The notes beneath the pieces were generated by a model. It saw only the letters and a list, made by a program, of their open reading frames with translations. It had not been told where the DNA came from and searched no databases. Made by a program: the position numbers and the translations under genes. From sequence record SRR31156797_528: a stretch of 60,857 bases of DNA. One strand, written 5' to 3'. This document shows, one piece after another, positions 28,302 through 38,763 of this stretch (its first letter is position 1; every line of letters starts with the position of its first letter).

Positions 28302-30314
28302 TTATTTTTTCTTAAGTACAGCTATGCCGTATGGAGGCAATTGATAGTCTGCGGAGATTTTATTACCTGTAATTAATTCTATATATTTATCTTCTCCTAA
28401 ATTTAGACTTTGCTGTTGGTTTTTATGATTAAGAATGAAAATATACTCATCCTTACCTTTAACTCTTTTTGTTACTTCAATTCCATCTGGAGCTGAAAGT
28501 TGAGGTTTAATATTCACATCGCTGCAAATATCGTTTACTATGTCTGAAAGCATTGATGGTTCAGGATTTGAAGCTACATAGTATGCTTTACCGTTTCCAC
28601 AATTATTAACTGTAATGCATGGATGTCCAGCATAGAATCCATCACCATATTCTGCTATTGAATCAGCCCCCTGCAGATGTAAGATGTCACATAGCAAATC
28701 ACATTCATATTCACCTGATAGATGCTTTGTTGGGTTTGTTACTATCATTCGGTTCTTATCACCTGGGAGTAAAGCATCAGTTTCCTCTACCCATATACCA
28801 AGAGTTTCTTTCAAAGGACCTGGATAACCTCCTAGGTGGAGTCTGTCATTTTCATCGACAATTCCGCTGAAGAATGAAACCAATAGTGTACCGCCCTGTT
28901 TAACAAACTCATGTAATCGCTCTGCAATGACTCCCTTTAGCATATACAGCAATGGAGCTACAATCACTTTGTATTTATTGAATTCAGCAGTAGTTGGTAT
29001 AATATCAACAGGTATATTTTTGTTGTAAAAAGCACTATAATACGTGTTTACCTGCTCCAGATAATCTAAATCTCTGCTTGGACCGCTTGACATTTCGACA
29101 GCCCACCAGTTATCCCAATCAAATATAAAACCAACTTGAGAATCAATTCTAGAACCTATGATATCTGTTAGAGAAGATAATTCATTTCCTATCTGTGCAC
29201 ATTCTCTAAAAACTCTTGTATTCTCATGCCCAGCACTGGATATTACAGCACCGTGGAGCTTCTCTACTCCTGCTATAGACTGTCTCATCTGGAAATACAT
29301 AATTGCGTCAGCGCCGTGGGCAAGTGCCTGATAGCTAAGAAGCCTTAGGAAGCCTGGCAGCTTGAGAGTGTTATATGGCTGCCAGTTCTGTGAAGATGGT
29401 GACTGCTCAATCAAAAGGTAAGGCTGACCATCTTTTAATCCGCGCATAATATCATGCTTTAATGCAACTAAAGAAGGATCAGCGTTTGGAGCAGGGTAGT
29501 TATCCCAGCCAACTATATCCAGATTTTTTGTAAACTTAAACTGGTCAAGTTTTTTGATAAAACCAGACATATTTGTTGTAATTGGTATATGAGGTGTTGC
29601 TTCCTTTATAATATTCTGCTCGTTCAGGTAACAATCAATAGTAGAATCAGTAATAAAACGCATATAATCCAGCATTATTGGTTGATACCATTTATTATCA
29701 TCATTTTTTTCTGATGGAACAACTATATCTTCCCAATCGTAGACTGTGTGTCCCCAGAAGGACAGAGTCCATCGATCGTTAAGCTCTTCAATAGTGTGAT
29801 ATCTATTTTTCAGCCATACTCGGAAATCCTTTTCGCATTGCTCGCAATAGCAGTAAGTACCGTATTCATTTGCAACATGCCACAGAGCTAGTCCCGGATG
29901 ATTTCCATATCTTTCCACCATTTTCCTTGTGATATTAGCTGCAAATTTGCGGAAAGAACGACTGTTAGGACAGATGTTGACTCTTTTACCGTGGGTACGC
30001 TTCCGTCCGTACTCATCAACTGGCATGATATCAGGATACTTACGTGACATCCATGCAGGCTGCGCAGCAGTTGGCGTTGCAAGGCAGAATGATATTCCGT
30101 TTTCATGAAGAAGGTTAAGAATTTTATCCAGCCATTCAAAGTCATATTGATCTTCTGCTGGCTGCAGTTTCGCCCATGAAAATACAGGCAGTGTAACTAA
30201 ATTAATACCTGCAAGCTTAAATAAGCGAATGTCTTCATGCCATGTTTTTTCATCCCATTGATCAGGATTATAATCTCCCCCATAGTAAATCTTTGGGAAG
30301 TCTAAATTGACCAT
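28302..30314 (-). CDS. GH42 beta-galactosidase
   Basis: YGGDYNPDQW, FSWAKLQP, WHVANEY, CYC..C, IEQSP, EKLHG; ATG 30314 after AGGAGG. Confidence 0.95.
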   Translation of the reverse strand: MVNLDFPKIYYGGDYNPDQWDEKTWHEDIRLFKLAGINLVTLPVFSWAKLQPAEDQYDFEWLDKILNLLHENGISFCLATPTAAQPAWMSRKYPDIMPVDEYGRKRTHGKRVNICPNSRSFRKFAANITRKMVERYGNHPGLALWHVANEYGTYCYCEQCEKDFRVWLKNRYHTIEELNDRWTLSFWGHTVYDWEDIVVPSEKNDDNKWYQPIMLDYMRFITDSTIDCYLNEQNIIKEATPHIPITTNMSGFIKKLDQFKFTKNLDIVGWDNYPAPNADPSLVALKHDIMRGLKDGQPYLLIEQSPSSQNWQPYNTLKLPGFLRLLSYQALAHGADAIMYFQMRQSIAGVEKLHGAVISSAGHENTRVFRECAQIGNELSSLTDIIGSRIDSQVGFIFDWDNWWAVEMSSGPSRDLDYLEQVNTYYSAFYNKNIPVDIIPTTAEFNKYKVIVAPLLYMLKGVIAERLHEFVKQGGTLLVSFFSGIVDENDRLHLGGYPGPLKETLGIWVEETDALLPGDKNRMIVTNPTKHLSGEYECDLLCDILHLQGADSIAEYGDGFYAGHPCITVNNCGNGKAYYVASNPEPSMLSDIVNDICSDVNIKPQLSAPDGIEVTKRVKGKDEYIFILNHKNQQQSLNLGEDKYIELITGNKISADYQLPPYGIAVLKKK

Positions 30315-30471
30315 AGTGTTCCTCCTATGTCTTATATACTCTATACTAATTTTATAAATATTATAGCAATAATACAATGTAAATAAGCTATATTATTATG
30401 TACTTAATATAGATAAAAAGTAGGTAAATCAGAAATATTATCATATTATGCTAATCAAAATTTAATCATAA

Positions 30472-30509
30472 TATAAGTCCATCATTTTTATAAATATAAT
30501 GGACTTATA
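30472..30509. terminator. Hairpin downstream of the GH127-like gene
   Basis: TATAAGTCCAT / ATGGACTTATA arms with an imperfect AT-rich inner stem. Confidence 0.5.
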
Positions 30510-30563
30510 AAGTATACTATTTGTATTGATAAGACGATAACATAGACTATTTCTTACGGAGTA

Positions 30564-32321
30564 TTAGTCCAGATTTTCTTTTGTTTCTATATGTAGCTTT
30601 TGCTCACGAACAGGTGATTTATCCAGTACACGGCGGTTGCTATACAGAGGATAGTATGTACCTTGTGGTGAAATACCTACTACATCGTCTCCGACCCATT
30701 TTGTGATATATGTCAGTCCAGCAGCTAATTCTGTAGTTGTACGTTCTATCATTGGGAAGGTTATTGTTATTTTTTCATTCGGCATTGCACCTCTTAGCAG
30801 TATAAAGCAATCTTTGACCCAAGGGACATCTCTGCCTGATAATTCAATAGTTTCACCATTTGTGTTTCTAAGAATTTTAACACCACCGAAAGGAGTCCAT
30901 TCAGGAATTCTTACTAAAAGCTCGGGTATCTCCTTATTGATGTGAAGCTCTATTTTTCCTTCGTGAGGCATATAGCTTAGTAAATTCAAATCCTCGGTTG
31001 CTTTATTAATCAGCATATTTACGCTAACTCTACCATTAGCTGTCTTAGTAATAATATTAGTCCAGCCATTGTATAGTCCACGTGTACCGGAGGCTACACA
31101 GCATGTCTGTACATCCATAATGTGGCCACGTCCGTATGTACCGCTGTAGACAAAATCATTAGGAGCAGAATATCCGGCAAAAGTACCACGCAGTCTCTCT
31201 GCAACCTTATAATAGGTTTTTTCCTTTGGAATATCCATAGATTTATCTTCTCTTTGCTTAATCCAGCTGGTATCTAGTATCTGAGCTTCTGTCAGATGGT
31301 TCCTTAGGAACCTTTCGGCAACACCCCAGTATGAAGTATGTCCTTTTTTCGCCAGAGTAATCGCGATATTGATTGCATCTACCAAAGTACATGTTTCGTG
31401 TTCATACTCTTGGTCTTCCAGGTCACCGGGAGTCCAGCCAAAGCTGGTGCATTTGGTAAGTGCCCAGTCGAAGCTCTTTTTGACATAAGATATTATAGAG
31501 GAATCATCTGTAACATCTGCAAAGCGAGCTAAAGCATAGAGCGTACCCATGCGTGTATGAAAATGTCCATTTCTAAATATCAGACCATCATTGAAGCTGC
31601 CATCAGGCAGGAATACTCCGCTTCTGTTTATGATATTTGAAACAAAATTCTCTGACAATTCATATGCATCCATATTACCTGTATGCTCATAATAGCGGAT
31701 TAAAGGCATTACCTGTCGTCCCCACATTGCTGCTGGGTCATAGGCTAGGCGAGTATGCACAGCGTCAAATGAAGGCCAGCCGTTTTGTGTATATTCGGAT
31801 GCTGGATAGTACCAGGATGTTCTTTCTTTGCGTGCAATCCTTTTTAATGCAGCTACGTGATTATCAGCATATTCTTTGATTTTCTCGTCTTTTGTATCTA
31901 CAAACCATGTTGTAAGTCCCAAAATTACAGAACGCTGGTCAATCATACTGGCACTCTCTTGGAATGGAGCTTGATACTCAAGAGGTGTTGCTTCATCGAA
32001 GGTATTTCTTCTATAGCTTAGACCATTAGGTCTGAAGAATTTCAGTAGATTTTCTCTGTAGTGCTGCTCGATATCCTCGCCGTATTTGCTGTTTGACATT
32101 CTTCTGGCTAATATTATACAGTCAACCAGACGACCGTGGCTTGAACCATAGTCCCAGTTACCGTGGCTCATCCATGCAGGGTCAGACTGAAAGAAACCGC
32201 TGAAGTACGGAATATATTCATAATCCTCATCTGCTACATTAATCATTGCATTTAATGCTATCTCTGCACGTTCCTCTAGGTTCAGCGTGTCAGGCATTTT
32301 GATTTTTATTTCTTGACTCAA
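30564..32321 (-). CDS. Divergent GH127/GH146-like cysteine glycosidase (putative)
   Basis: EHETC and TCCVASG match the Zn/Cys ligands of HypBA1-type enzymes; GHFH, ERFLRNHL, LLVRIPEW; TTG start after AAAGGAG. Confidence 0.6.
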   Translation of the reverse strand: MSQEIKIKMPDTLNLEERAEIALNAMINVADEDYEYIPYFSGFFQSDPAWMSHGNWDYGSSHGRLVDCIILARRMSNSKYGEDIEQHYRENLLKFFRPNGLSYRRNTFDEATPLEYQAPFQESASMIDQRSVILGLTTWFVDTKDEKIKEYADNHVAALKRIARKERTSWYYPASEYTQNGWPSFDAVHTRLAYDPAAMWGRQVMPLIRYYEHTGNMDAYELSENFVSNIINRSGVFLPDGSFNDGLIFRNGHFHTRMGTLYALARFADVTDDSSIISYVKKSFDWALTKCTSFGWTPGDLEDQEYEHETCTLVDAINIAITLAKKGHTSYWGVAERFLRNHLTEAQILDTSWIKQREDKSMDIPKEKTYYKVAERLRGTFAGYSAPNDFVYSGTYGRGHIMDVQTCCVASGTRGLYNGWTNIITKTANGRVSVNMLINKATEDLNLLSYMPHEGKIELHINKEIPELLVRIPEWTPFGGVKILRNTNGETIELSGRDVPWVKDCFILLRGAMPNEKITITFPMIERTTTELAAGLTYITKWVGDDVVGISPQGTYYPLYSNRRVLDKSPVREQKLHIETKENLD

Positions 32322-32350
32322 AATAATTTCTCCTTTAATTATGGTTGATT

Positions 32351-34708
32351 TTACTTTATAACAGTTAGCTCCAATGAAGCTGGCGGTAAATTACTGCATA
32401 CAGCAGTTACTGTAATAGTTCCTGTTTTACCGATGGATTTAATGACTCCCTGAAGTCTTCCCTCATATGCTTTTTGTCTGTTTTCTGTATAGATTTCTGT
32501 TGATTTCGGGTCACTGCTACCTAAGGCAATAACTTCACCTTCTCCATAAGCAAATAGTGAGACTGAACGATTGAATGAATGTACTACGTTTTCATTTTCG
32601 TCAACAGCTTCAATGGTAATATACGATAAATCGTTACAGCTATTTATACATGTACGGTCAGCACTAAGTCGTAATCCTGTTGCTTTACCAGCTGTAACAA
32701 CTGAATATCTGGATACTTCCTGCCCAGCTTTATAGCCAATTGCTGTTAGTGTTCCCGGTGAGTACTCCAAAGTATACTCGGCTTTGCATTTAACAGCTTT
32801 TCCACAGGGCTTTTTGCCTAATGATTTACCATTTAATATTAATTCCACTTCATCCAGCGAGCAGTAGATTTCTGCATGAGTTTTCGCACCTTCGTATCCT
32901 GCGTAATCCCATATTGATGAAACATCTGTCCACCCCCAGCTGGATACTTGACATTCTTTTCCGTAGTATTTAGGATGCTCGACAGCAATAAACGGTGTAT
33001 CCGTATTTGACCAAACTGCATCTCGGTAATATGACTGAGGTCTTTTGAAACCGCATATATCCCTATCTCCACAGTTTGCGTGATGCCATGGATATTCGCC
33101 TAGGAAGTTAGTCTCTCCATTTCGCCAGACATGTCCTAATCCAACTTCCCCCAGATAGTCTATAGCAGCCCAGGCAAAGTCGCCAACTACATGAGGATAT
33201 TTCAGGACATCTTCCCAGCTATCATATGCTTTTGCAGGGAATGATTCTGCACCGAATATTATTCTATCAGGAAATTGTTTGTGGTCTTTTTCATAGCGGT
33301 CATTCAGATAATTATACCCTACGATATCAAGGTGTTTAATAAAATCCTTAGTATTTATTCCGAAGAAATCATAATCTGGATCATCTACTAGTAAGTTTGC
33401 CTCCAGATTATTTATATGTGGATTTGTGCTTATATTGTTTAGCGCATTGGTAACAGGACGGGTAGTATCAAGGCTTCGTACTGTATCAGCTAGTTTCTTG
33501 GATAATTCATATCCATCAGACATGCCGGCACGTTCTGGAATCTCATTACCTGTTGACCAGAAAATTACTGATGGGTGGTTTCTATCACGAAGCACCATAG
33601 CTGAAAGGTCTTTTTTCCAGTTTTGGGCAAAATACACATGATAGTCATGGGGATTCTTGCCCTCCAGCCAGCAGTCGAATGCTTCATCTATTACATACAA
33701 ACCAATCCTATTACAAGCATCTAAGAATGCGGGTGATGGCTGATTATGTGCACGTACAGCATTAAAACCAGATGCCTTAAGAAGCTCAACTTTTCTTACC
33801 TCTGCTCTGTCATAGCTGGCAGCTCCTAGAATGCCGTGGTCGTGGTGGATACATCCGCCTTTTAGATTGACAGGTGTATTATTTATCAACAGTCCTTTAT
33901 CAGGAGATAGATTGATTGTCCTGATTCCAAAACTTGTGTCCTTACTGTCTATTAGTGTACCTTTATCAAATAACTGACTGCTTAAAGTATATAGATACGG
34001 ATTTTCAACAGACCATAGTTTTGCTGGTGAAACATTTAACTGTTGACTGAATGTGTTATCACCTTTAGTGTCTGTAGAAATATTTATATCATTTGACGCA
34101 ACTATATTATTATCAGCATCCAGTATAGTTGTTTTTAGTGAGTATGTATTGTTTTGGTAGCATATTGTTCTTAATTTTGTATTTACTTTAACGATTGATT
34201 CATTTGTATCAGCTTTCGGGGTGGTAACATATACTCCCCAAGGAGCAATTGATGTTTGTTCTCCTACAAGCAGCCAGACATTTCTGTATATTCCTGTTCC
34301 AGTGTACCAACGGCAATTTGGTTGAGCACTGTTAGTAGCTACTACCCGCAGTGTGTTCTTACCACCCCAGTTGATGTATGGTGTGATATCTCCATGAAAG
34401 CTGGTGAAGCCATAGTTTTGTGAAGTTACAAACTGATTATTCAGCTTAACTTCTGCATTCATATATACGCCCTCAAACTCAAGAATAAGCTGTTTGCCCT
34501 GCCAATCAGCTGGAATATCAAGTTCTTTAATATAGATAATAGATGCACCTGGGTAATATGCTCCGTTTGCTCCAGATGGATTCCTGCTGTTGCGTGGCTG
34601 TGAAATGCTCCAGTCATGAGGAAGAGTAATTTCTACTGGAGATTGTTTATCCCACCAGTTACCCCAAACTGTATATGTCCAATGCTCGTTTAAGTTAATA
34701 CGCTTCAC
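32351..34708 (-). CDS. GH2 beta-glycosidase (beta-galactosidase-like)
   Basis: LPHDW, FEGVY, RWYTGTGIYR, DRNHPSVIFWSTGNE, GYNY, AES, DYLGE; GTG 34708 after GGGAGG. Confidence 0.92.
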   Translation of the reverse strand: MKRINLNEHWTYTVWGNWWDKQSPVEITLPHDWSISQPRNSRNPSGANGAYYPGASIIYIKELDIPADWQGKQLILEFEGVYMNAEVKLNNQFVTSQNYGFTSFHGDITPYINWGGKNTLRVVATNSAQPNCRWYTGTGIYRNVWLLVGEQTSIAPWGVYVTTPKADTNESIVKVNTKLRTICYQNNTYSLKTTILDADNNIVASNDINISTDTKGDNTFSQQLNVSPAKLWSVENPYLYTLSSQLFDKGTLIDSKDTSFGIRTINLSPDKGLLINNTPVNLKGGCIHHDHGILGAASYDRAEVRKVELLKASGFNAVRAHNQPSPAFLDACNRIGLYVIDEAFDCWLEGKNPHDYHVYFAQNWKKDLSAMVLRDRNHPSVIFWSTGNEIPERAGMSDGYELSKKLADTVRSLDTTRPVTNALNNISTNPHINNLEANLLVDDPDYDFFGINTKDFIKHLDIVGYNYLNDRYEKDHKQFPDRIIFGAESFPAKAYDSWEDVLKYPHVVGDFAWAAIDYLGEVGLGHVWRNGETNFLGEYPWHHANCGDRDICGFKRPQSYYRDAVWSNTDTPFIAVEHPKYYGKECQVSSWGWTDVSSIWDYAGYEGAKTHAEIYCSLDEVELILNGKSLGKKPCGKAVKCKAEYTLEYSPGTLTAIGYKAGQEVSRYSVVTAGKATGLRLSADRTCINSCNDLSYITIEAVDENENVVHSFNRSVSLFAYGEGEVIALGSSDPKSTEIYTENRQKAYEGRLQGVIKSIGKTGTITVTAVCSNLPPASLELTVIK

Positions 34709-34897
34709 AGTATGCCTCCCTGTTCTAATCACTTATATAGAATCGCAAAGCAGTAATTTAATGCTAATCTATATTTATTATGATGTGAATAATGGTAATA
34801 AATTTACCATAGTAAGTATATCACGATGCAATTTCATTATAACATAGAAGTATTAAAGGTCTTTGCAGCTTAAGTGATTGAATATATAAAAATAGTA

Positions 34898-34917
34898 CAT
34901 ATTTAACGTTAAATATG
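34898..34917. promoter_or_regulatory. Perfect 20-bp palindrome in the GH2/GH106 divergent promoter region
   Basis: CATATTTAACGTTAAATATG with central CG, LacI/CcpA-like geometry. Confidence 0.6.
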
Positions 34918-35041
34918 CTGTTTCTTATTTGAGTCGTTTTTGATATCATATTATATGGATTACAAGTATAAGGTTTTGACATTGACTAAAAGAAGCATTT
35001 AATGGTTAACATACATATTATCTAGAAACGAGGATATTGAT

Positions 35042-38000
35042 ATGAGTGAAAAGCACCAATTAATGGTGAAAGAAATTGATAAAAGCTATCGACCTATTCC
35101 ATTTTGGTCATGGAACGATGTACTAGACCCTGATTTACTTCGCTGGCAAATACGTGAAATGGAAAAGACTGGACACGGCGGATTCTTTATGCATGCACGC
35201 AGTGGTCTGCAGACAGAGTATTTGGGCAAAAAGTGGATGGAATGCGTAGGAGCATGTATTGATGAAGCTCAAAAGACCAATATGCACGCATGGCTATATG
35301 ATGAAGACGGCTGGCCCAGTGGATTTGGAGCTGGTAAGGTTACATCCTTGGGTGATGCTTATCATGGACGTTGGCTTGTACTAGCAGAGTATTCATCCCA
35401 AAAGCAGGCTGATGAAGCTGACATTAAGAATTTAATAGGTATATATAATTATGAGGATAAAGTATTAGTAATTAGCCACACATCAAATCCATATTATATT
35501 GATGTAATGAGCAAGGAAGCTGTAAGCGCATTTATATCCAGTACTCATCAGAGATATTATGATGAATTCCCTCAGTACTTTGATGGTACTATCAAAGGAT
35601 TCTTTACAGATGAACCCCGCTTATCTGGTAATATTGAGGGCGATATTCCATGGTCATATGCTATTCCAAGCACATTTTTAAAGAAGAAAGGATATGATAT
35701 AGTCAAGCATCTGCCTGAGTTGTTTTATCCAATTGATGGATATGAGAAAGTGCGATATGATTTCTATCAGGTGGTTAATGAATTATTCGTTTCCTCTTAT
35801 ATGGAGCAGATACAGTCATGGTGCCATGAGCATAACTGTAAACTAACAGGTCATATGATGATGGAAGAGAGCATTTTTACCCAGATGACAGGTACAGGTG
35901 GTGTTATGCCTTTCTATGAATACATGGATGTGCCGGGTATCGATTCGCTGAGAAGAATGATTGCATCACCAATTATGCCTAGACAACTAAGTTCGGTTGC
36001 TCATCAGATTGGTATATCCCAGACGATTACAGAATCATTTGCATTGACTGGTTGGAATGTACGCATGGAGGAACTAAAATGGATAATTGACTGGCAGTTG
36101 GTTAATGGTGTTAACATGTTATGTCAGCATCTGGCAGGATATACTCTGCGAGGAGTGAGGAAAAGAGATTATCCGCCATCATTATTCTATCAGTTGCCAT
36201 GGTGGGAAAAGTACCATCTGCTGAATGACTATGTTTCAAGAGTTGGTATGATGCTGTCAGAGGGTGAATATACTGCTGATGTTCTGTTGCTTCATCCAAT
36301 GCGCAGCGGATGGGTACTATATGCTGGTGCACAAAACGATGCTATTGAAAAATTAGATGATGATTTCACGTTGGCAACTGAAATACTGTCAGCTCTTCAG
36401 ATAGAATACGACTTAGGCGATGAAGGAATAATAAAAAAGCATGGAAGCGTAAAGCCAGATGGACTTTACGTAGGACAAGCTGTGTACAGAATGGTTGTCT
36501 TGCCTGATATGGTAACGATTGATAAGAATACAGTCAAACTTCTGCTTGAATTCATAGATAATGGTGGCAGAGTAGTAACATTAGGAAGCTTCCCGAATCA
36601 TGCAGGTGGCGAGTATTATGAAAAACTTGAAATGCTGCGTGATAAAGTGGGCAAATGCCCAGATGGTGTAAATATAAAATCATGGCTAAAAAGTGAGCTT
36701 AATGCAATTGAACAGCTATCATGCCAATTATTAGATAAAAATAACGATATTAGCATATCGGATATACACAGCAGAGGATTTGTATACAATGGCATGGAAT
36801 GCAGATTCTTTGTAAATCATCATCAGGAATCAGCATTTAATGTAATAATAAAGATGCATGGAAGCGGAAACCTGTGCGAAATGGATATATTAAGCGGTGA
36901 ATGGTTGTTATTAGATGATCAGGAAGTTGATAATGGATATATTAGCACTGTGGCATCCTTTGAACCCATGCAGTCCAGAATGTATGCAATTATAAGTGAT
37001 GAACAATTGAAGCAGCTGGGAGTTGAGAAAATATCCAAATGTGATGTAGAAGTACTATCAATATCGCCAAACAGTGAGTGGGATATATTAGAGATGGATG
37101 ATAATGCTCTAACTCTGGATAAATGCTCATATAAGATTGATGATGGCTTATGGAAGAATGAAAAGGCAGTCATACATATTTTTGATGAATTGCTTTCATT
37201 GAAAAGACAATGCAGTATTTCACTTAAGTTTAATTTTGATATAGCATGTGATATATCTAGCATATCAAAGGAAATATTTATAGCAATAGAGAGAGCTAAT
37301 GAGTTTGAGATAATGGTTAATGGACAAGAGATAAAATATAGTCCAAAAGGGTATTGGAAGGATAGCACATTTTTGAAGGTCAACATCGGCGATTATATCA
37401 AAGAGGGAACAAACGAGATAATTTTATCAAGAGATTTCTACCAATCAGAGCAAGTGTATCATGTATTATTCGATGATGACGTATATGAAACTGAACTGAA
37501 TAAACTGACATATGATGTTGAGCTGGAAAGCATATATCTAATTGGTAAATTTGGAGTTAATAGTATTAGCAAATATTCAGCAGGAGATAGAGAAGCTTAT
37601 TTTACTGATGGACCTTTTGAATTGGTGAAACAGCCAACTAAAACAAATGGTAATATGACAGTGGAATCTATGCCTTTCTTTGCTGGAACTGTGAAGTTGG
37701 GTCAGACTATCACAGTTGATAAACCTGAAAATTCAAAGGTTAAACTTTGCTTTAATCGACCATCAGCAGCTATTAGTGAAGTTCTAGTAAACGGTAAAAG
37801 AGTGAAAGAAATGCCTTGGGCACCATATGAAATGGATATTACTGATGCTGTAAATCAGGGAGATAATCTGCTGGAGGTAATATTATACTCAGGAAACAGA
37901 AATCTGCTTGGACCTCATCACCATATAAATGGTGAAATATATAATGTTGGTCCAGACAGCTTTACAGGTAAATGGAGCTGGGTGGAAAAGCAAAGTGAGA

Positions 38001-38077
38001 AAATACCGGCTACAAATGAAGAAAGAGCACGAAACTATTGGAACGACAGATATTGTATGGTTCGTTTTGGAATATAA
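35042..38077 (+). CDS. GH106-like glycoside hydrolase (alpha-L-rhamnosidase-related)
   Basis: PFWSWN, GGFFMHARSG, WLYDEDGWPSG, FFTDEP, PGID, KRDYPP. Confidence 0.8.
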   Translation: MSEKHQLMVKEIDKSYRPIPFWSWNDVLDPDLLRWQIREMEKTGHGGFFMHARSGLQTEYLGKKWMECVGACIDEAQKTNMHAWLYDEDGWPSGFGAGKVTSLGDAYHGRWLVLAEYSSQKQADEADIKNLIGIYNYEDKVLVISHTSNPYYIDVMSKEAVSAFISSTHQRYYDEFPQYFDGTIKGFFTDEPRLSGNIEGDIPWSYAIPSTFLKKKGYDIVKHLPELFYPIDGYEKVRYDFYQVVNELFVSSYMEQIQSWCHEHNCKLTGHMMMEESIFTQMTGTGGVMPFYEYMDVPGIDSLRRMIASPIMPRQLSSVAHQIGISQTITESFALTGWNVRMEELKWIIDWQLVNGVNMLCQHLAGYTLRGVRKRDYPPSLFYQLPWWEKYHLLNDYVSRVGMMLSEGEYTADVLLLHPMRSGWVLYAGAQNDAIEKLDDDFTLATEILSALQIEYDLGDEGIIKKHGSVKPDGLYVGQAVYRMVVLPDMVTIDKNTVKLLLEFIDNGGRVVTLGSFPNHAGGEYYEKLEMLRDKVGKCPDGVNIKSWLKSELNAIEQLSCQLLDKNNDISISDIHSRGFVYNGMECRFFVNHHQESAFNVIIKMHGSGNLCEMDILSGEWLLLDDQEVDNGYISTVASFEPMQSRMYAIISDEQLKQLGVEKISKCDVEVLSISPNSEWDILEMDDNALTLDKCSYKIDDGLWKNEKAVIHIFDELLSLKRQCSISLKFNFDIACDISSISKEIFIAIERANEFEIMVNGQEIKYSPKGYWKDSTFLKVNIGDYIKEGTNEIILSRDFYQSEQVYHVLFDDDVYETELNKLTYDVELESIYLIGKFGVNSISKYSAGDREAYFTDGPFELVKQPTKTNGNMTVESMPFFAGTVKLGQTITVDKPENSKVKLCFNRPSAAISEVLVNGKRVKEMPWAPYEMDITDAVNQGDNLLEVILYSGNRNLLGPHHHINGEIYNVGPDSFTGKWSWVEKQSEKIPATNEERARNYWNDRYCMVRFGI

Positions 38078-38103
38078 CAAAATAAAGTATGGAGAAAATA
38101 ATC

Positions 38104-38763
38104 ATGAAAAAAATAGTTGCAGTCTACACAGGACAAGGTTTGTCAGGTCCACTACAGGCACTATTCAATGAACAGTTACCACAATGTGAATTTAGAAATA
38201 TTATTGATGACAGTTTAATCCGTGATGTTGTCACTAACGGTGGATTAACTCCAGAAGTAACACGCAGATTAACTCAATATTTCTTGATGGCGGAGGATAT
38301 GGGAGCCGACATTATTATAAACACTTGCTCTTCTGTCAGAGAAGTAGTGGATGCTGCTATGCCATTTATGAATGTACCAATTGTACGTATTGATGATGCT
38401 ATGGGCGATGAAGCAGTAATGAATTATGAATCTGTATGTGTATTGGCGACTCTGCCTACAACTCTTGATCCAACGGTTAGAATGCTGGAGAAAAAGGCAG
38501 AAGCATTGGGCAAGAAAGTAGATATAGTAAAAGGTTTGGCACAGGGTGCATATGATGCACTGGTATCTGGAGATCAAGAGGGTCATGACAGAATGATACT
38601 GGAGACAGCAGAAAAATTGTCTACCGAAAACGGATGCTTTGTATTAGCACAGGGTTCAATGGGGCGTATGCAGGAAAAATTGATGGAAGTATCAGGCAGA
38701 CCTGTACTAGCTAGCCCGCCGCTTTGTGTACAGCAGGTAGCAAAGATGCTGGAGGATAAATAA
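38104..38763 (+). CDS. Asp/Glu/hydantoin racemase-fold protein of the sugar-operon type
   Basis: NTCSS (one Cys), LATLPTT, VLAQGSM in place of the second Cys motif; ATG 38104. Confidence 0.75.
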   Translation: MKKIVAVYTGQGLSGPLQALFNEQLPQCEFRNIIDDSLIRDVVTNGGLTPEVTRRLTQYFLMAEDMGADIIINTCSSVREVVDAAMPFMNVPIVRIDDAMGDEAVMNYESVCVLATLPTTLDPTVRMLEKKAEALGKKVDIVKGLAQGAYDALVSGDQEGHDRMILETAEKLSTENGCFVLAQGSMGRMQEKLMEVSGRPVLASPPLCVQQVAKMLEDK

